Counted from the stretch's first letter, positions 13,895 to 32,772 are shown. The stretch: DNA of 64,000 bases from Macrostomum hystrix (GCA_950097015.1 CATNEN010000038.1:26908001-26972000); one strand, 5' to 3'. Translations and numbers: made by a program. The notes: generated from the letters alone by a model not told the origin.

Positions 13895-13954
13895 ACTGAA
13901 ACAAAGACTCACAGTGTAGGGCTGAAAATATATAAATAGTATGAAAGCGAAAAC
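13895..13954 (-). promoter_or_regulatory. Candidate promoter of receptor paralogue 2: IRF-E/ISRE-like GAAAGCGAAAAC, TATA-like element, Inr-like TCAGT
   Basis: GAAAGCGAAAAC at 13943-13954 (+). On the minus strand TATTTATATA at 13938-13929, then TTCAGTC near 13897. Confidence 0.4.
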
Positions 13955-14034
13955 ATTATGTTGGATTGATTGATCTCCCATCACCAATAAAAACAAACGA
14001 GATATAAGCCTAGAAATAGTATAGTGGATATATT

Positions 14035-14334
14035 GACGAGCAGACAGCGAATGCTAGACGAGCAGACAGCGAACCAGACGAGCAGACAGCGAACCAGACG
14101 AGCAGACAGCGAATGCTAGACGAGCAGACAGCGAACCAGACGAGCAGACAGCGAACCAGACGAGCAGACAGCGAGCCAGACGAGCAGACAGCGAGCCAGA
14201 CGAGCAGACAGCGAGCCAGACGAGCAGACAGCGAGCCAGACGAGCAGACAGCGAACCAGACGAGCAGACAGCGAGCCAGACGAGCAGACAGCGAGCCAGA
14301 CGAGCAGACAGCGAACTAGAGGAGCAGACGAGCA
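14035..14334. repeat. 20-bp tandem repeat (AGACGAGCAGACAGCGAACC)
   Basis: Read directly. Confidence 0.95.
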
Positions 14335-14452
14335 AATCAATAATTATGAGCCAGACAATCTACAGAGACAGAGCCACAGAGAGAGGTCAGAACAAGAAAA
14401 ATAGCTTACGAGATTTCCGCGACACTAACCTCGCCATTGTGCATAGTTGGCT

Positions 14453-15588
14453 TTACTTCATAGGGTGAGTGGCAGTACCGGTATCTGTGTCCTCAAGTTT
14501 TGCATGCGCAGCTTCGCTAGCCACCAGATTAATGCAAGCATGAGTCGATACCACTCCAGTTTGTGACGCGAAAGAGCTCTCATTATCATTAGTAGGAACT
14601 CCAGCAGTAGATTCCTGTTCAGGAGGCAATCCATTTAATATTTTGGAATGCAGCAGATCAGTGTGAGGTGCATCGCCTGTAGAATTATCGTCGGATTTTG
14701 CCGACTGCCTCAGTAACGGTTCGGCACTAGCTTCAGACTTCTTTTGAGCTTCATCAGCTTTTGAGTCAACACCAGGAGATAAATTTGATTGGGTCGAATC
14801 ATTTGACGCTTGACGCACTTCCGCGTTTTGTTGACAGCGCAACCATTTGAGGAATGATGATAGCGGACCTAAAGTTTGATAAAAAATTATAGATTAAGCT
14901 TTAAGCCTTAACTGAGCTAGCTGGCGCAGTCGCAAAGTAAACAAAGGCTGTGTACAACTGTCCAGTCCATGGACTGGCGGCCGCAACTACGACTCCAGCT
15001 AATGCTAGTACACATTCTGCAGCTACAGTATTACTCAAGTACACATTGTTTTCTATGGGTAATCTCTATGTGAGAAAACACACGCATGCTAATAATAAGC
15101 TGAGGAGTCGGCGATCGCTCACCTTTACGAGTAAAAATGTCCCAAGCAATGTAAAATACGGAAATAGCAAACAGGACGATGATAATAAATTCGTTATAAC
15201 AGCCACCGATTTTAAAATCATTAGAAACAGCAGGAGCAGTCGTGACAGGTACATTCGCAGCCGTTAAAGCAGAACTGTCAGCACACGTGCACTGCGGCAC
15301 TGTTGGGCAAGGACATAGGGAACAGTTAACTGGCAGTGGAGTGTTTACTTGCGCATATGATGAGTCAATTATACACGCCTTCATTGTAGTCCACAAATGG
15401 CAGCACTTGTAATAGTACTTTGCCATAGACAGGTTCGCAACGAAATCTGGGTTATAGCACGGCGTTGGACAGGTGTTGTGAGAACCAGCCCTTTCATTGG
15501 AGTAGACTGGAGGCAGCTGGGGTGAGGAGACTTCGTCAATTATGATGGATAGGGTAACAAGTGCAAACAACGTCAATCGCAAATCCAT
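14453..15588 (-). CDS. Cys-rich single-pass receptor paralogue 3 with long disordered tail and TRAF2/3-type motif; exons 15588-15123 and 14868-14453
   Basis: Signal peptide MDLRLTLFALVTLSIII. CPTPCYNPDF...KYYYKCCHLW aligns with paralogue 2. TM FIIIVLFAISVFYIAW. Donor AAAG|GTGAGC joins TTTAG|GTCCG in frame. PEQES (PxQxS) at 14609-14623. Confidence 0.7.
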
Positions 15589-15687
15589 TTGTTGCAGTTG
15601 CTGAAAGAAGTGCAATAAGTTTTTTAGTTTTTATTAAGTGTTATTTATAAAATATTTAATTTCTATATTAATCTATTATCTATAAAG

Positions 15688-15982
15688 TGGGGTCGGTGGC
15701 AGAGCGGTTAACGCGTTTGCCTCTCGCACCAAGTTCCCTAAGTTCGATTGTCGTGCAATTTACGCCTTTGAGGGCCAACCTCCAAGGCACAGTGAGAGTG
15801 TACACTGCCTGACGATGAGAAAGTCAGGGCAGATGTATACACCTGTGTGACTGTGTGCCTGCGTACAGTATCTGTGTGCGTGTGTGCTCAGGAGTCAGCG
15901 AAATGGGCAGATTTGCCTCCTCGCTGGCTGCGGGTCTAGTGCCACTAAATAATGTGCTCTTGCCTATAGTCCTCCTATAATA
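15688..15982 (+). mobile_element. tRNA-derived SINE, copy 2
   Basis: GGGGTCGGTGGCAGAGCGGTTAACGCG head, GTTCGATT box, body matching copy 1. Confidence 0.85.
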
Positions 15983-16595
15983 AATTGGAACATAAAATAA
16001 AAAGTAGATAAAATCTGTTTAATAAGATGTAGTATAGCTACATTTTTACTTATAAAATAAAGCCGCATCATATAACACTATAAAGCGTATAAAACTAATT
16101 TACGAAGGTAGATCATATAACTTTGTAAAGTTAAATAAAATCGTACAGTCGTACATATGCAATTATGTACACTGTAAGGAATATGGGTCGTTATTTTAAC
16201 ATTTCACGATACTTTTAAGATTAATTTGTACTCGTAATTATGTCTACTGTTAGTAGGCTGGTCTGACATCACTTACTTTCATATAACACAGCATTTTATT
16301 CTGTTCAGTAACCAGCGATAGACTATCAAAAATAAATAGTCAGAGGTTAAACATTGTTGTTAAACAATGAACAAAAAATCTGGGAAAATGTCAGTGCAAA
16401 GCAATTAAATTTGCAATTTCAAAGGGCATAAAAATCTACAGCACTGTACAAGTACCTTCCTAGATTCCTAGAACATCTAATCCAATAAGTATAATTCATA
16501 AATAAAGAAATTAGAAATGATCTTGAAAAACTGCTTGAAGAAATGGATGCAAAATAAATTCAATTGCAGGTGGACTGGTTCGGCCGAACACAAAA

Positions 16596-23257
<6,662 letters not shown>

Positions 23258-23429
23258 TTTGTGCTGCTTTTAAAAATTGAAATACTTCAACAATGGTGTC
23301 AACATACCGAGCTCTGCCTTCGGCTAGTGTAATTGAACTAACAAGCTGAAAACAATTAGTTTCAATTGGGTCCGTGTCAAAAGTACGACAAATTATATTA
23401 AAAAATAGAGGACAGAATAAACAAGGTAT

Positions 23430-23790
23430 ATTACAGAAATAGGGTGGCAGATTACAGAAATAGGGTGGCAGATTACAGAATGAGGATGACAGATTACAGA
23501 GATAGGGTGGCAGATTACAGAATGAGGATGAAAGATTACAGAAATAGGGTGGCAGATTATTGAATGAGGATGACAGATTACAGAAATAGGGTGGCAGATT
23601 ATTGAATGAGGATGACAGATTACAGAAATAAGGTGGCAGATTACAGAATAAGCATTGTAGATTACATAATAAGGATGCAAGATTTCAGAATGAAAATGGT
23701 AGAATACCATCTGTAAGGATAGTAGATTACAGAATAATGATGGTAGATTACAGAATGAGTATGGTGGATTACATAAATAGGGTGGCAAAT
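23430..23790. repeat. Degenerate ~21-bp repeat (GGCAGATTACAGAAATAGGGT) upstream of PARG
   Basis: Read directly. Confidence 0.85.
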
Positions 23791-24699
23791 TTCTGAAAAA
23801 GTATGATAAAAGTGCTTTTCTTTTTTTTTAACAAACAAAATAAGCGAACTAGGCACGATGCTATCTACTAAATAGTAATGAAATCAGGAAATTGTCTATT
23901 TTTTCATTAAAATAGTAATATTCATTGACTAAAGCAAATTGTAACTCATAGTTACAACCATCATTATTATCTAATTTATAAAACTATCAGATAATAATAT
24001 TAATTCGACATTACAGTCCATTATTCGTAATAATAAAAGAATATGAAAAAAACGAGTTAAGCACAGTACGAGAATTAAGAGTTACATAAGACTCAATTAT
24101 ATCTGGATGCATTACATTAAATCATTAATAGAGTATACGCCTGTCACGCAACCACCGCGTGTTAGGCAATCTTCAATCGCTAAAAATAGCATGGCCCGCT
24201 GACGTACCATGCAAACACCAACAGGTGCTAAAAATAGCTCAAGCAGATATATTTTCACGCAAGCATTGCGTGAATTTTAACAATAGGAAAAAACTCCTGT
24301 TTAATACGAAGACGCTCTTTGTGCAGGCATTTATAAATTAGTATTAGGGCACAAAACTAAAAACTATAACAAATCACTATAATAAAAACTATAATTAATC
24401 AATCATTATTTATTGTAGCACCGTAGACAAAATTTAGCTAACATCTTAACAATCTCAAAGGTAACCTACTTGGCTAAAATATAACACATTCGAACAAAGC
24501 AGACTGGGCATGATTGCGGACCAGAAAGGCGCGGATTTGAAAACAAGATAACGACAAAAACTGACATTTGAATGATCCGCATAAGGATCTTTAAGAATGG
24601 ACAATCTGGAATGACTTATGAATCCCAATCTGGAATAATTAAGAGTATAACATCAAAACTGAGGATCACAGGAGCCTTAGGATGATTATGATCAAACTA

Positions 24700-26150
24700 A
24701 CTGAAGATCTAGCATAATTATGACCAAACCGGAGGATCTGGGATAATTATGACCAAACTTAAGGATATGGGATAATTATGACCAAACCTGAGGATCTGTG
24801 ATAATTATGACCAATTGCCTGAGGATCAGGGATAATTATGACCAAACCTAATGATCTGGGATAATTATGACCAATTGCCAGAGGATCAGGGATAATTATG
24901 ACCAAACCTAAGGATCTGGGATAATTATGACGAATTGCCAGAGGATATAGGATAATTATGACCAAACTTATGGATATGGGATAATTATGACCAAACCTGA
25001 GGATCTGGGATAATTATGACGAATTGCCAGAGGATATGGGATAATTATGACCAAACTTAAGGATATGGGATAATTATGACCAATTGCCAGAGGATATGGG
25101 ATAATTATGACCAAACTTAAGGATATGGGATAATTATAACCAAACCAGAGGATCTGAGATAATTATGACCAATTGCCTGAAAATCAGGGATAATTATGAC
25201 CAAACCTAATGATCTGGGATAATTATGACCAATTGCCAGAGGATATGGGATAATTATGACCAAACTTATGGATATGGGATAATTATGACCAAACCTGAGG
25301 ATCTGGGATAATTTTGACCAATTGCCTGAGGATATGGGATAATTATGACCAAACCTGAAGATCTGGGATAATTATGACCAATTGCCAGAGGATATGGGAT
25401 AATTATGACCAATTGCCTGAGGATATGGGATAATTATGACCAAACCTAATGATCTGGGATAATTATGACCAATTGCCAGAGGATATGGGATAATTATGAC
25501 CAAACCTAAGGATATGGGATAATTATGACCAAACCTGAGGATCTGGGATAATTTTGACCAATTGCCTGAGGATATGGGATAATTATGACCAAACCTGAAG
25601 ATCTGGGATAATTATGACCAATTGCCAGAGGATCAGGGATAATTATGACCAAACCTAAGGATCTGGGATAATTATGACCAATTGCCAGAGGATATAGGAT
25701 AATTATGACCAAACTTATGGATATGGGATAATTATGACCAAACCTGAGGATCTGGGATAATTATGACGAATTGCCAGAGGATATGGGATAATTATGACCA
25801 AACTTAAGGATATGGGATAATTATGACCAATTGCCAGAGGATATGGGATAATTATGACCAAACTTAAGGATATGGGATAATTATAACCAAACCAGAGGAT
25901 CTGAGATAATTATGACCAATTGCCTGAAAATCAGGGATAATTATGACCAAACCTAATGATCTGGGATAATTATGACCAATTGCCAGAGGATATGGGATAA
26001 TTATGACCAAACCTAAGGATATGGGATAATTATGACCAAACCTGAGGATCTGGGATAATTTTGACCAATTGCCTGAGGATATGGGATAATTATGACCAAA
26101 CCTGAAGATCTGGGATAATTATGACCAAACTTAAGGATATGGGATAACCC
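24700..26150. repeat. ~29-31-bp satellite (GGGATAATTATGACCAA...GAGGATCT/ATAT) with higher-order duplication
   Basis: Read directly. The variant series at ~24.9-25.3 kb recurs at ~25.6-26.1 kb. Confidence 0.95.
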
Positions 26151-26266
26151 AGGACTAAAGATAAAAATCGCTTAACCTGATGATCTGGGATAGTTGCGTC
26201 CAATAACTATCAGCAACTGAGAGCATAGCTTTTATGTCATATTCAAAAAACCATCCGTCAACATCC

Positions 26267-26731
26267 TCAATGCAGCCACTGCCTGTACTCTTCGGGCACA
26301 GAATCAAGCAAGCCTTTGGACTCTAAAAACTGCCTGCTAAACAGTTTGGCATAGTAGCGCTGTCCCAGGTCACACAGGCAGGTGACAATCACGTGACCGG
26401 GGCCCATCTGGCGGGCCGCCTGGACGGCGCCGGCCACGTTGATGCCCGAGGAGGCGCCAACAAAGAAGCCCTCCTCGTGGAGCAGTCGAAAAGTGTGCTC
26501 AACAGCTAGTGAGTCGGTGATGTGCAGAGCGTGATCAACAGGGGCGCCAGCTAGATTCTGGGTGACCCGTCCTTGACCGATGCCTTCTGTGATAGAGTTG
26601 TCGCCCTGACGCTTCAGTTCTCCATTGGTGAAGAAGTTGTACAGCACGCTGCCCTCGGGGTCCAGTAGGAAAGTGCGAATGTCTGGATTGCGCTCCTGAT
26701 GGATTATGTGTATTTCATCATTGACTGAAGA

Positions 26732-26762
<31 letters not shown>

Positions 26763-27589
26763 TGATTCCATAACACACCTTAAGAAAGGTGCCAACACCG
26801 GCCAGTGTGCCGCCAGTGCCAGTAGCGAATGCGACCGCGTCAACCCGGCCCTCAGTCTCTTCCCAGATCTCTGGGCCGGTAGTTTCGTAATGCGCCAGTC
26901 TTTATAATTAAACAGATGGGTTTGAGTAATCAGTGTGTGTCTACCGTCAGTGCTTACAGCAACGCTGCAACTATTGTTATGGTCTAACGCGTTTGTCATA
27001 GGAAAATTCTGATCATTCCATTAACCTGCTGAGCAATTTAAAGTCGTATATATATACGTACACAGGCATCAACTCACGTCAATAATGTTCATAAAGCATA
27101 TTTGGCAGCTCACCTATTCGCGGTATTATCAAACTGATTGGTCCAAACGGCATTCTCCAGGCCATCGGCGAATCGTTTGGCCTGGTGATTATAGTTGTTT
27201 GGATCTGTGTAGGCCACAGCAGGTACGGGATACACAGTGGCGCCGAGTACACGTAATAAATCAATTTTCTCCTTAGACTGAGTGTCCGGCATGAAGATTA
27301 CACACTTATAGCCTAGAGCATTGCACAGGTGAGCCAAACCGATACCAGTATTGCCAGCGGTGCCTTCAACTACAGTGCCGCCAGGTTTTAATTGGCCGCG
27401 TTTAACAGCGTCGGCTATGAGATACAAAGCAGCCCGATCTTTCACGGAGCCTCCAGCATTGGCGTATTCGGCTTTGGCTAGGATTTCGCAGCCAGTGGCC
27501 TCGCTAACCCGGCCCAGACGGATCAGGGGTGTGCGACCAACGGCGCCGCGAAGGCCCTGACGAATAAAGTGATTGGCTAGGCCGGACAT
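26267..27589 (-). CDS. Cysteine synthase (PLP-dependent O-acyl-serine sulfhydrylase, fungal CysB/Cys1-like); exons 27589-27114, 26899-26779, 26695-26267
   Basis: GGSVKDR (PLP Lys), [17 protein letters not shown]|[34 protein letters not shown] junctions in frame. No heme N-terminal or CBS domains. Confidence 0.93.
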
Positions 27590-28120
27590 GCTGTACTGAT
27601 AAATTGGCTAAGAATTATCCGATGCACTGCTGTAAAACAGGTGTTGTGTTGCTCACATGTATAAAACATAATGTTACTTATGCATTGAAAATAACTTATA
27701 AGTAGCCTATAGATATAGGACTTAAAGTTGTGTATAGTACTAAAAAAATAACGTCAATTGAAGTCGTGAATCTTACACGAATCTTACATCATATGGATAT
27801 ATATATTTTTTTACTTTCTTTTTCAATGTAGCAGACTACAAAAAATCTAATACTTTTTGAAGTAGTAAATAAAACGCGCCTTTTGGCACGATATTGCAAC
27901 CTGAATAGTACTGTAATAGTATCCGGGTTTAAGTTTTTTTAGAGAAACTAAGATAATTTAATAGACGATTAAGCACTGCAGGTCTGAAATATTTAATGCG
28001 TGGAGTAGCACCAGCAAGCTTGGTTGTTTTTGTTGGCTTGTCAGGGTTGCCCTGTTGTCATTCACAAAAGACCCAGATTGAAAGCGTAGAAACATTTTAA
28101 TTAAGGATCGCATTTTTCGG

Positions 28121-29092
28121 CTAGGGCTTTCCGCGAGGTTGACCTCCGTGTGTCAGTACACGAGAGCGCGCCAATGGCATAGTCGGCACGCAGCCAAGAA
28201 TCTCAGTACGGCCAGACAGACCGTCGGGTTCGAACAACAGCGGTGGCGATAGAGGACAATAGTTCAGAATCTCTTTTCGTCGTCCGCAAGCTACGGTTTC
28301 AGGCGTTGTCCGTAAGCATTTTTTTCCTTCGACTTTAAAATTATGCGCGCAACTTGTTTTAGTTGACTGTAGTGGCTGCACTGAATTGCGTAATCGAACT
28401 ACAGGGCCGTAATAGTAATTTTCACCCTCTTCAGTCAAAGAGCGATCAACTTGAAAGCTGCATTTGTAATCATGGAACGATGTTTTTGAAAGTCTATTTT
28501 CAGGAAAAGCAGCAGCGCAACTGACATTCGCGCTACGTAGACTGAATGACGAAGGTGTAGCCAATAGCGTGGGAGTGTCCACACGAATGACACGATCGGT
28601 ATTACAATTAGCTTCCAATTTATATCGCGATGCACTGCAACGGTTCCGCTGTCGACGCTTTTGTTGAGTATTATTATTTGTCGATTTATGTTTCATTTTA
28701 TCTGACAGTTTAAATGCAACTGGATCTTTAACTAGTGAACGAGAAGATTCGGTTGTGCAATATAGTTCAAGGTTGTCTTCAAAATGCGTCAACAACTTGC
28801 CGCAGCTGGCCAACAGACGAAACGTGAAGCTAACATTGCTAGTCCCATCAGGCAGTAGGGTGACGAGGTCGCTAGACAATCCAATCGGATAACTTGGGCG
28901 GCTACAATCGACGTTGCTGCTAACTCTCGGAGACGGTAGTGCCATACAATCTCCGTTAGCCGCAATGGCTATACGTTTTGTCTCTTGATCGTTAAATATT
29001 GAATATTGATTACACTCTTGCTTCGTAGCGGCCTCCGAAGCCTCCGTTTTCAATTTCTCATCACTTGATAAACAATTCAAAAGACGCAGCAT
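28121..29092 (-). CDS. Orphan ORF (~323 aa from first ATG), function unknown
   Basis: About 1 kb open frame in non-repetitive DNA. No recognisable motif. Confidence 0.4.
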   Translation of the reverse strand: MLRLLNCLSSDEKLKTEASEAATKQECNQYSIFNDQETKRIAIAANGDCMALPSPRVSSNVDCSRPSYPIGLSSDLVTLLPDGTSNVSFTFRLLASCGKLLTHFEDNLELYCTTESSRSLVKDPVAFKLSDKMKHKSTNNNTQQKRRQRNRCSASRYKLEANCNTDRVIRVDTPTLLATPSSFSLRSANVSCAAAFPENRLSKTSFHDYKCSFQVDRSLTEEGENYYYGPVVRLRNSVQPLQSTKTSCAHNFKVEGKKCLRTTPETVACGRRKEILNYCPLSPPLLFEPDGLSGRTEILGCVPTMPLARSRVLTHGGQPRGKP

Positions 29093-29479
29093 TGTCACCG
29101 TTTTTATTAACAAAAGCGCTCTTTTATTTTAACTACGTCTAGTGCTGATTTAGCGTCTAATATTTAAATCAAGTGAACACCGCATAGTAAACTGAAGTTT
29201 TCTCTATGGCACATACCTATAGAATTCACCTAAAACTCAATCTATATTACTTTTGCTTTAAAGAACTTAAAATGATATTTATGATATCGGGATAGGCAGA
29301 CTTAAGCTTGCTGCATTGAACTAACAGAAAGAAGAATCAGACTGGATAAGTCATTTTAAACCAAGGAAATATATGTAAAGAGCTTTCTGATCTCTCACAA
29401 ATGTCATAATACCTGGTAGTCGCTCACGTAGCATTGATTTTTTAAAGATTTTGCACAGCAGGGGTTAAAAAACTTTTTT

Positions 29480-29612
29480 GTCGAAATTGAAGTTTACTCT
29501 GTGAAAATAGAATGTAGTTTTTTCCATTAGAGCGATACACTGTCGAAATTGATGTGGAGTTTGTTACTATAGAAGTTACTGTTGTTCAAAATATAAGGTA
29601 AAATGGTATAGA
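29480..29612 (+). repeat. Diverged single arm of the 34530-34949 MITE
   Basis: AAATTGAAGTT...CTGTCGAA...GTTGTTCAAAAT...GGTAAAATGGTATAGAG matches the right arm of the 34.5 kb palindrome. Confidence 0.7.
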
Positions 29613-30984
29613 GACCGCTCGAATTCACAGCAAGCTCGCTGGCGAGTAAAAACCTCTATTGACCGTCTTCAAAGTCCCATAGAAAAGGCGTAGCACCCAA
29701 GCCGGCGCAGAGCGTTCACACGTCGTGATGTCAGCTTGAATGGATCCCATTCAAGGGGATGAAGTCATTCAGTCGCTCTAATGAGCTCCTCTCGTGATAC
29801 AGTAACTGGCAACGCAACATGCAATTTTCCAACTCGTCAACCGACTGATCAAAATCCTCGAGAGAAAGTGCTTCAACAACTTTCTCAAAGTCGAATCATC
29901 GATGTACTTCTGGATCTCGTCGCCAGTAAGTCCGCAACTACAGCAATATCTTATAATTCCGCCAAGTAACGCGTCCCAATGAAGAAGCGGGGTCATAGTC
30001 ATTTCAAGGCTAGTCAGTCAAAGACCTTTCTCCTTTCCTTGGCTATCCAGTTAATCTTGTTGATTCGACCAGGGTCAATCACCTCAGCTATCTTCGCGCA
30101 GTTCTTTTTAATGGATCAGATGCCATTGCATTGGATTTAGCTTCTCCAGCGGTGTGGCGTTGACATCGAGTTTGTGCGTCAGCAAAAATAAAGGTCTGCA
30201 CTCTGCACATAGAGAAGACCGACTGTCTGCCAGACGCAACTACGAGACGCAACTCGTACATCCCTTCAGTGCATGATAAGAAGTTCGAACAAGTGCAAGA
30301 CGATAACACAGACAGTTCATAACCGATCCTTTCAGATGGAGCGACAACTGAGCATACAGTAGCTGGAGTAAATAACTCAGAAGCAGCAGACGTCAAATAA
30401 AAAAAATACTAGTTGGGAGTTCTAGCCCACTCTTTGTAACTTTGAGGCAGGATTGGAGAATCAGACTAGGCAGTAATATCATTCACAATACATTATTGTA
30501 TTGTATCGTCTAGCTTAATAGCAGTGTTTGTGTTATTTACTCACTATTTTTGTGTTGATTCCTCATTGAAAGAAACTAGATACCCATTATTCCCCTTAAA
30601 TATGTTTCGAATCATGGAATGTAAGAGAGGGCAAGGAATTTTCAATGTATTGGAATGCAGTAAACTACTTTTTTTTGTATTTTATTGCCATCTTTACTAT
30701 GCTACTAGTAAGCTTATCATATGAAAATACTTCACGAAAATATTATGCTCTCATCACCAAGCAATCAACTTTATGATTCAGGCCAATAGAGATGCAAAAA
30801 TATATTGAAAAGGTTAAAAAACCAATCTATTCATGAAATTTAGATCTTGAAAAAGAATCTAAACATGAAAGTAAATAATGAAGTCGGAAATTTATTTAAA
30901 AGAAGTGTGATTTATGACTCGGTGGGGTGAAAGTGTCAAAAGTGACCTTCAGATCCCTGGGGAGCCCGGACACATTGTTGCGGT

Positions 30985-32772
30985 CCAGTTTTCACTTTAT
31001 ATAATAAGACCACCAAAAGCCGGCCAGAGAAAATTGTCAAGACAGTGCCAAGGCGTGAAAACTGCAACACATTGAATTACAAATACATGGACAGCAATTT
31101 GGATGATTTCCTACAAGAACTACTAGACGACATGGGAGCTCTGCTCAAGAGAATGTGGTGATGGCACCGGAGCCAGTTGCCACATCAATGGCAACAAAGA
31201 GGCCTCGTACGCCATCACCGGTGACGGTCAAACAGGCGAAGATGGCACAGCCAGCATGTGCAGCCAGCAGCGGCCGTCCTAAATTAATAATTCGGCTAAG
31301 CACAGGAGGACCTGCTCGACAAGCGGCTAAAACATCGTCAACTCGCAGTCGACACTCGGCTGGGCCAGCACCGCAGCCACTGGAGTCTAGAGCCAGGAGA
31401 GAATTGCAGCCCATGCCGCAGCCGACACAAGCCGTGCCACAGTCTACACAGCTGGTGCTTCAGCCTGTGCAACAGACCCAGCCAGCGCCAGAAGAAGAGG
31501 AAAGAGAGAAAATGATCCATGATCTGACGGAATATATAGAGAAAGTCGCGTTTTATACATATGAGCAATCATATCCTCAACACACTCAAATATGGAGCAT
31601 GACGGCATTGAAAAGTCTGCCGCAGCAGCATGCAGTCACCACGCTGCAAGTTGTAGTGCACAACCTGCACCATAGCACAGCAACTGGCAAGGCGACTCTC
31701 CATCGGAAAGTCACCAACATGGAGTTTCGATGGATTTTCCAGCAGATCGGCTGGCCCTACTACCGAGCATTACTGGCCCCGTGCGCATTCTGAGTAGGAA
31801 GTGAGGAGCATTTATGGACTTATTTTTAAGGTGAAGGGTTTTTATGGTGTACTTTTGCACCATAATTTTATATTTTTGTGCCTATATGTTCACTTATAGG
31901 TTTATGTGTTTTATTTTTATATATATTGTGTTTTATTGTGTGTAACTGCTTTTCTGTTCACTTATAGTCATTATTTCACTGCGTGCGTTTAAATCTGAAT
32001 AGTAGGGAGGTCAGTTGAGATAGGGCTTCATTCATTTTCTAAGAAATATTTGTAATTTTGTTTAACTACACTCTGATTTGTTCTAATGCACCAAAAATTG
32101 TTTTTATGCACTGGCAAATGCACCAAAAATAAAACACTTATAATGAAGTGAAGAAGGGGAGCAAAAAAATAGTATAAATACCTTTTACACTAGTAAAAGG
32201 CAGAATAAAATCAACGTTTTGAAACATTTGTGTTTTTCACAGTGTGCAGAATAAGAAATCTTGAATATTGAAGTGTTTGTCTTAAAGTTATTTGAAGAGA
32301 CCATGACAAAGAGAAGCGAAGAGAGTGAACGGAGAGCTGTAACCCTAGATCCACTGGTAAAGCCCAAGATGGACTGAAAAATGAATTAAAGATTGATTGA
32401 AAAGTAATTGAAAAGTGATAAAGATTGATAAAGAGTAATAAAGACCGATAAAGAGTACTTACAGAAATAATATAGTAAAGTTACAAGTGAGAGTAAATAG
32501 AGAGGATAAATATTGCCCATATTGAACAGATAATGCTACCATATTAAATACATAACTCTATCAATTTGAATTGAAATAAGAAGTACATAATGTAATGATA
32601 AAGTGAATAACTAAAAGACACTCATAATTTTGATATATATAAGACAGTATTTAAATAAGTAACCACTTTGATAACAACAGTAGGATATTAATTATCAAAA
32701 CAAAGCATAAGCCTACAGCAACTTTGGTAGCATTCAGTAAGATATTAAATATTATAAAATAACCCTGTGACA
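30985..32772 (+). mobile_element. Relic of a related Gypsy element: ORF3 promoter, ORF3 homologue, PPT (32001-32015) and LTR (32016-32772)
   Basis: Promoter, ORF C-terminus, PPT AGTAGGGAGGTCAGT|TG and LTR motif GATCCACTGGTA...GGACTGAA all match the intact element. LTR ends ...CCCTGTGACA followed by degenerate PBS-like ACTTTAGTGGCA. Confidence 0.7.
31087..31793 (+). pseudogene. Homologue of Gypsy accessory ORF3; one apparent frameshift near 31140-31155
   Basis: MDSNLDDFLQELL start is out of frame by 1 with the 31155 ORF. C-terminus NMEFRWIFQQIGWPYYRALLAPCAF aligns with NIEVRWAGNVVGWPRHQSIPMSAQF. Confidence 0.7.

Noticed and set aside
15805-15835. Hammerhead ribozyme in the SINE (CTGACGA...GAAA...TC); also CTGATGAG-stem at ~49238
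   Set aside because: No room for helices II/III in the SINE; the 49.2 kb site lacks the GAAA core.
26267-27589. Bacterial contamination or recent HGT of cysK
   Set aside because: Two spliceosomal introns, embedded among animal genes, and this enzyme type is known from other invertebrates.
29778-30396. Short ORFs between the orphan gene and the relic LTR element
   Set aside because: No recognisable motifs or consistent exon chain; cannot support a call.
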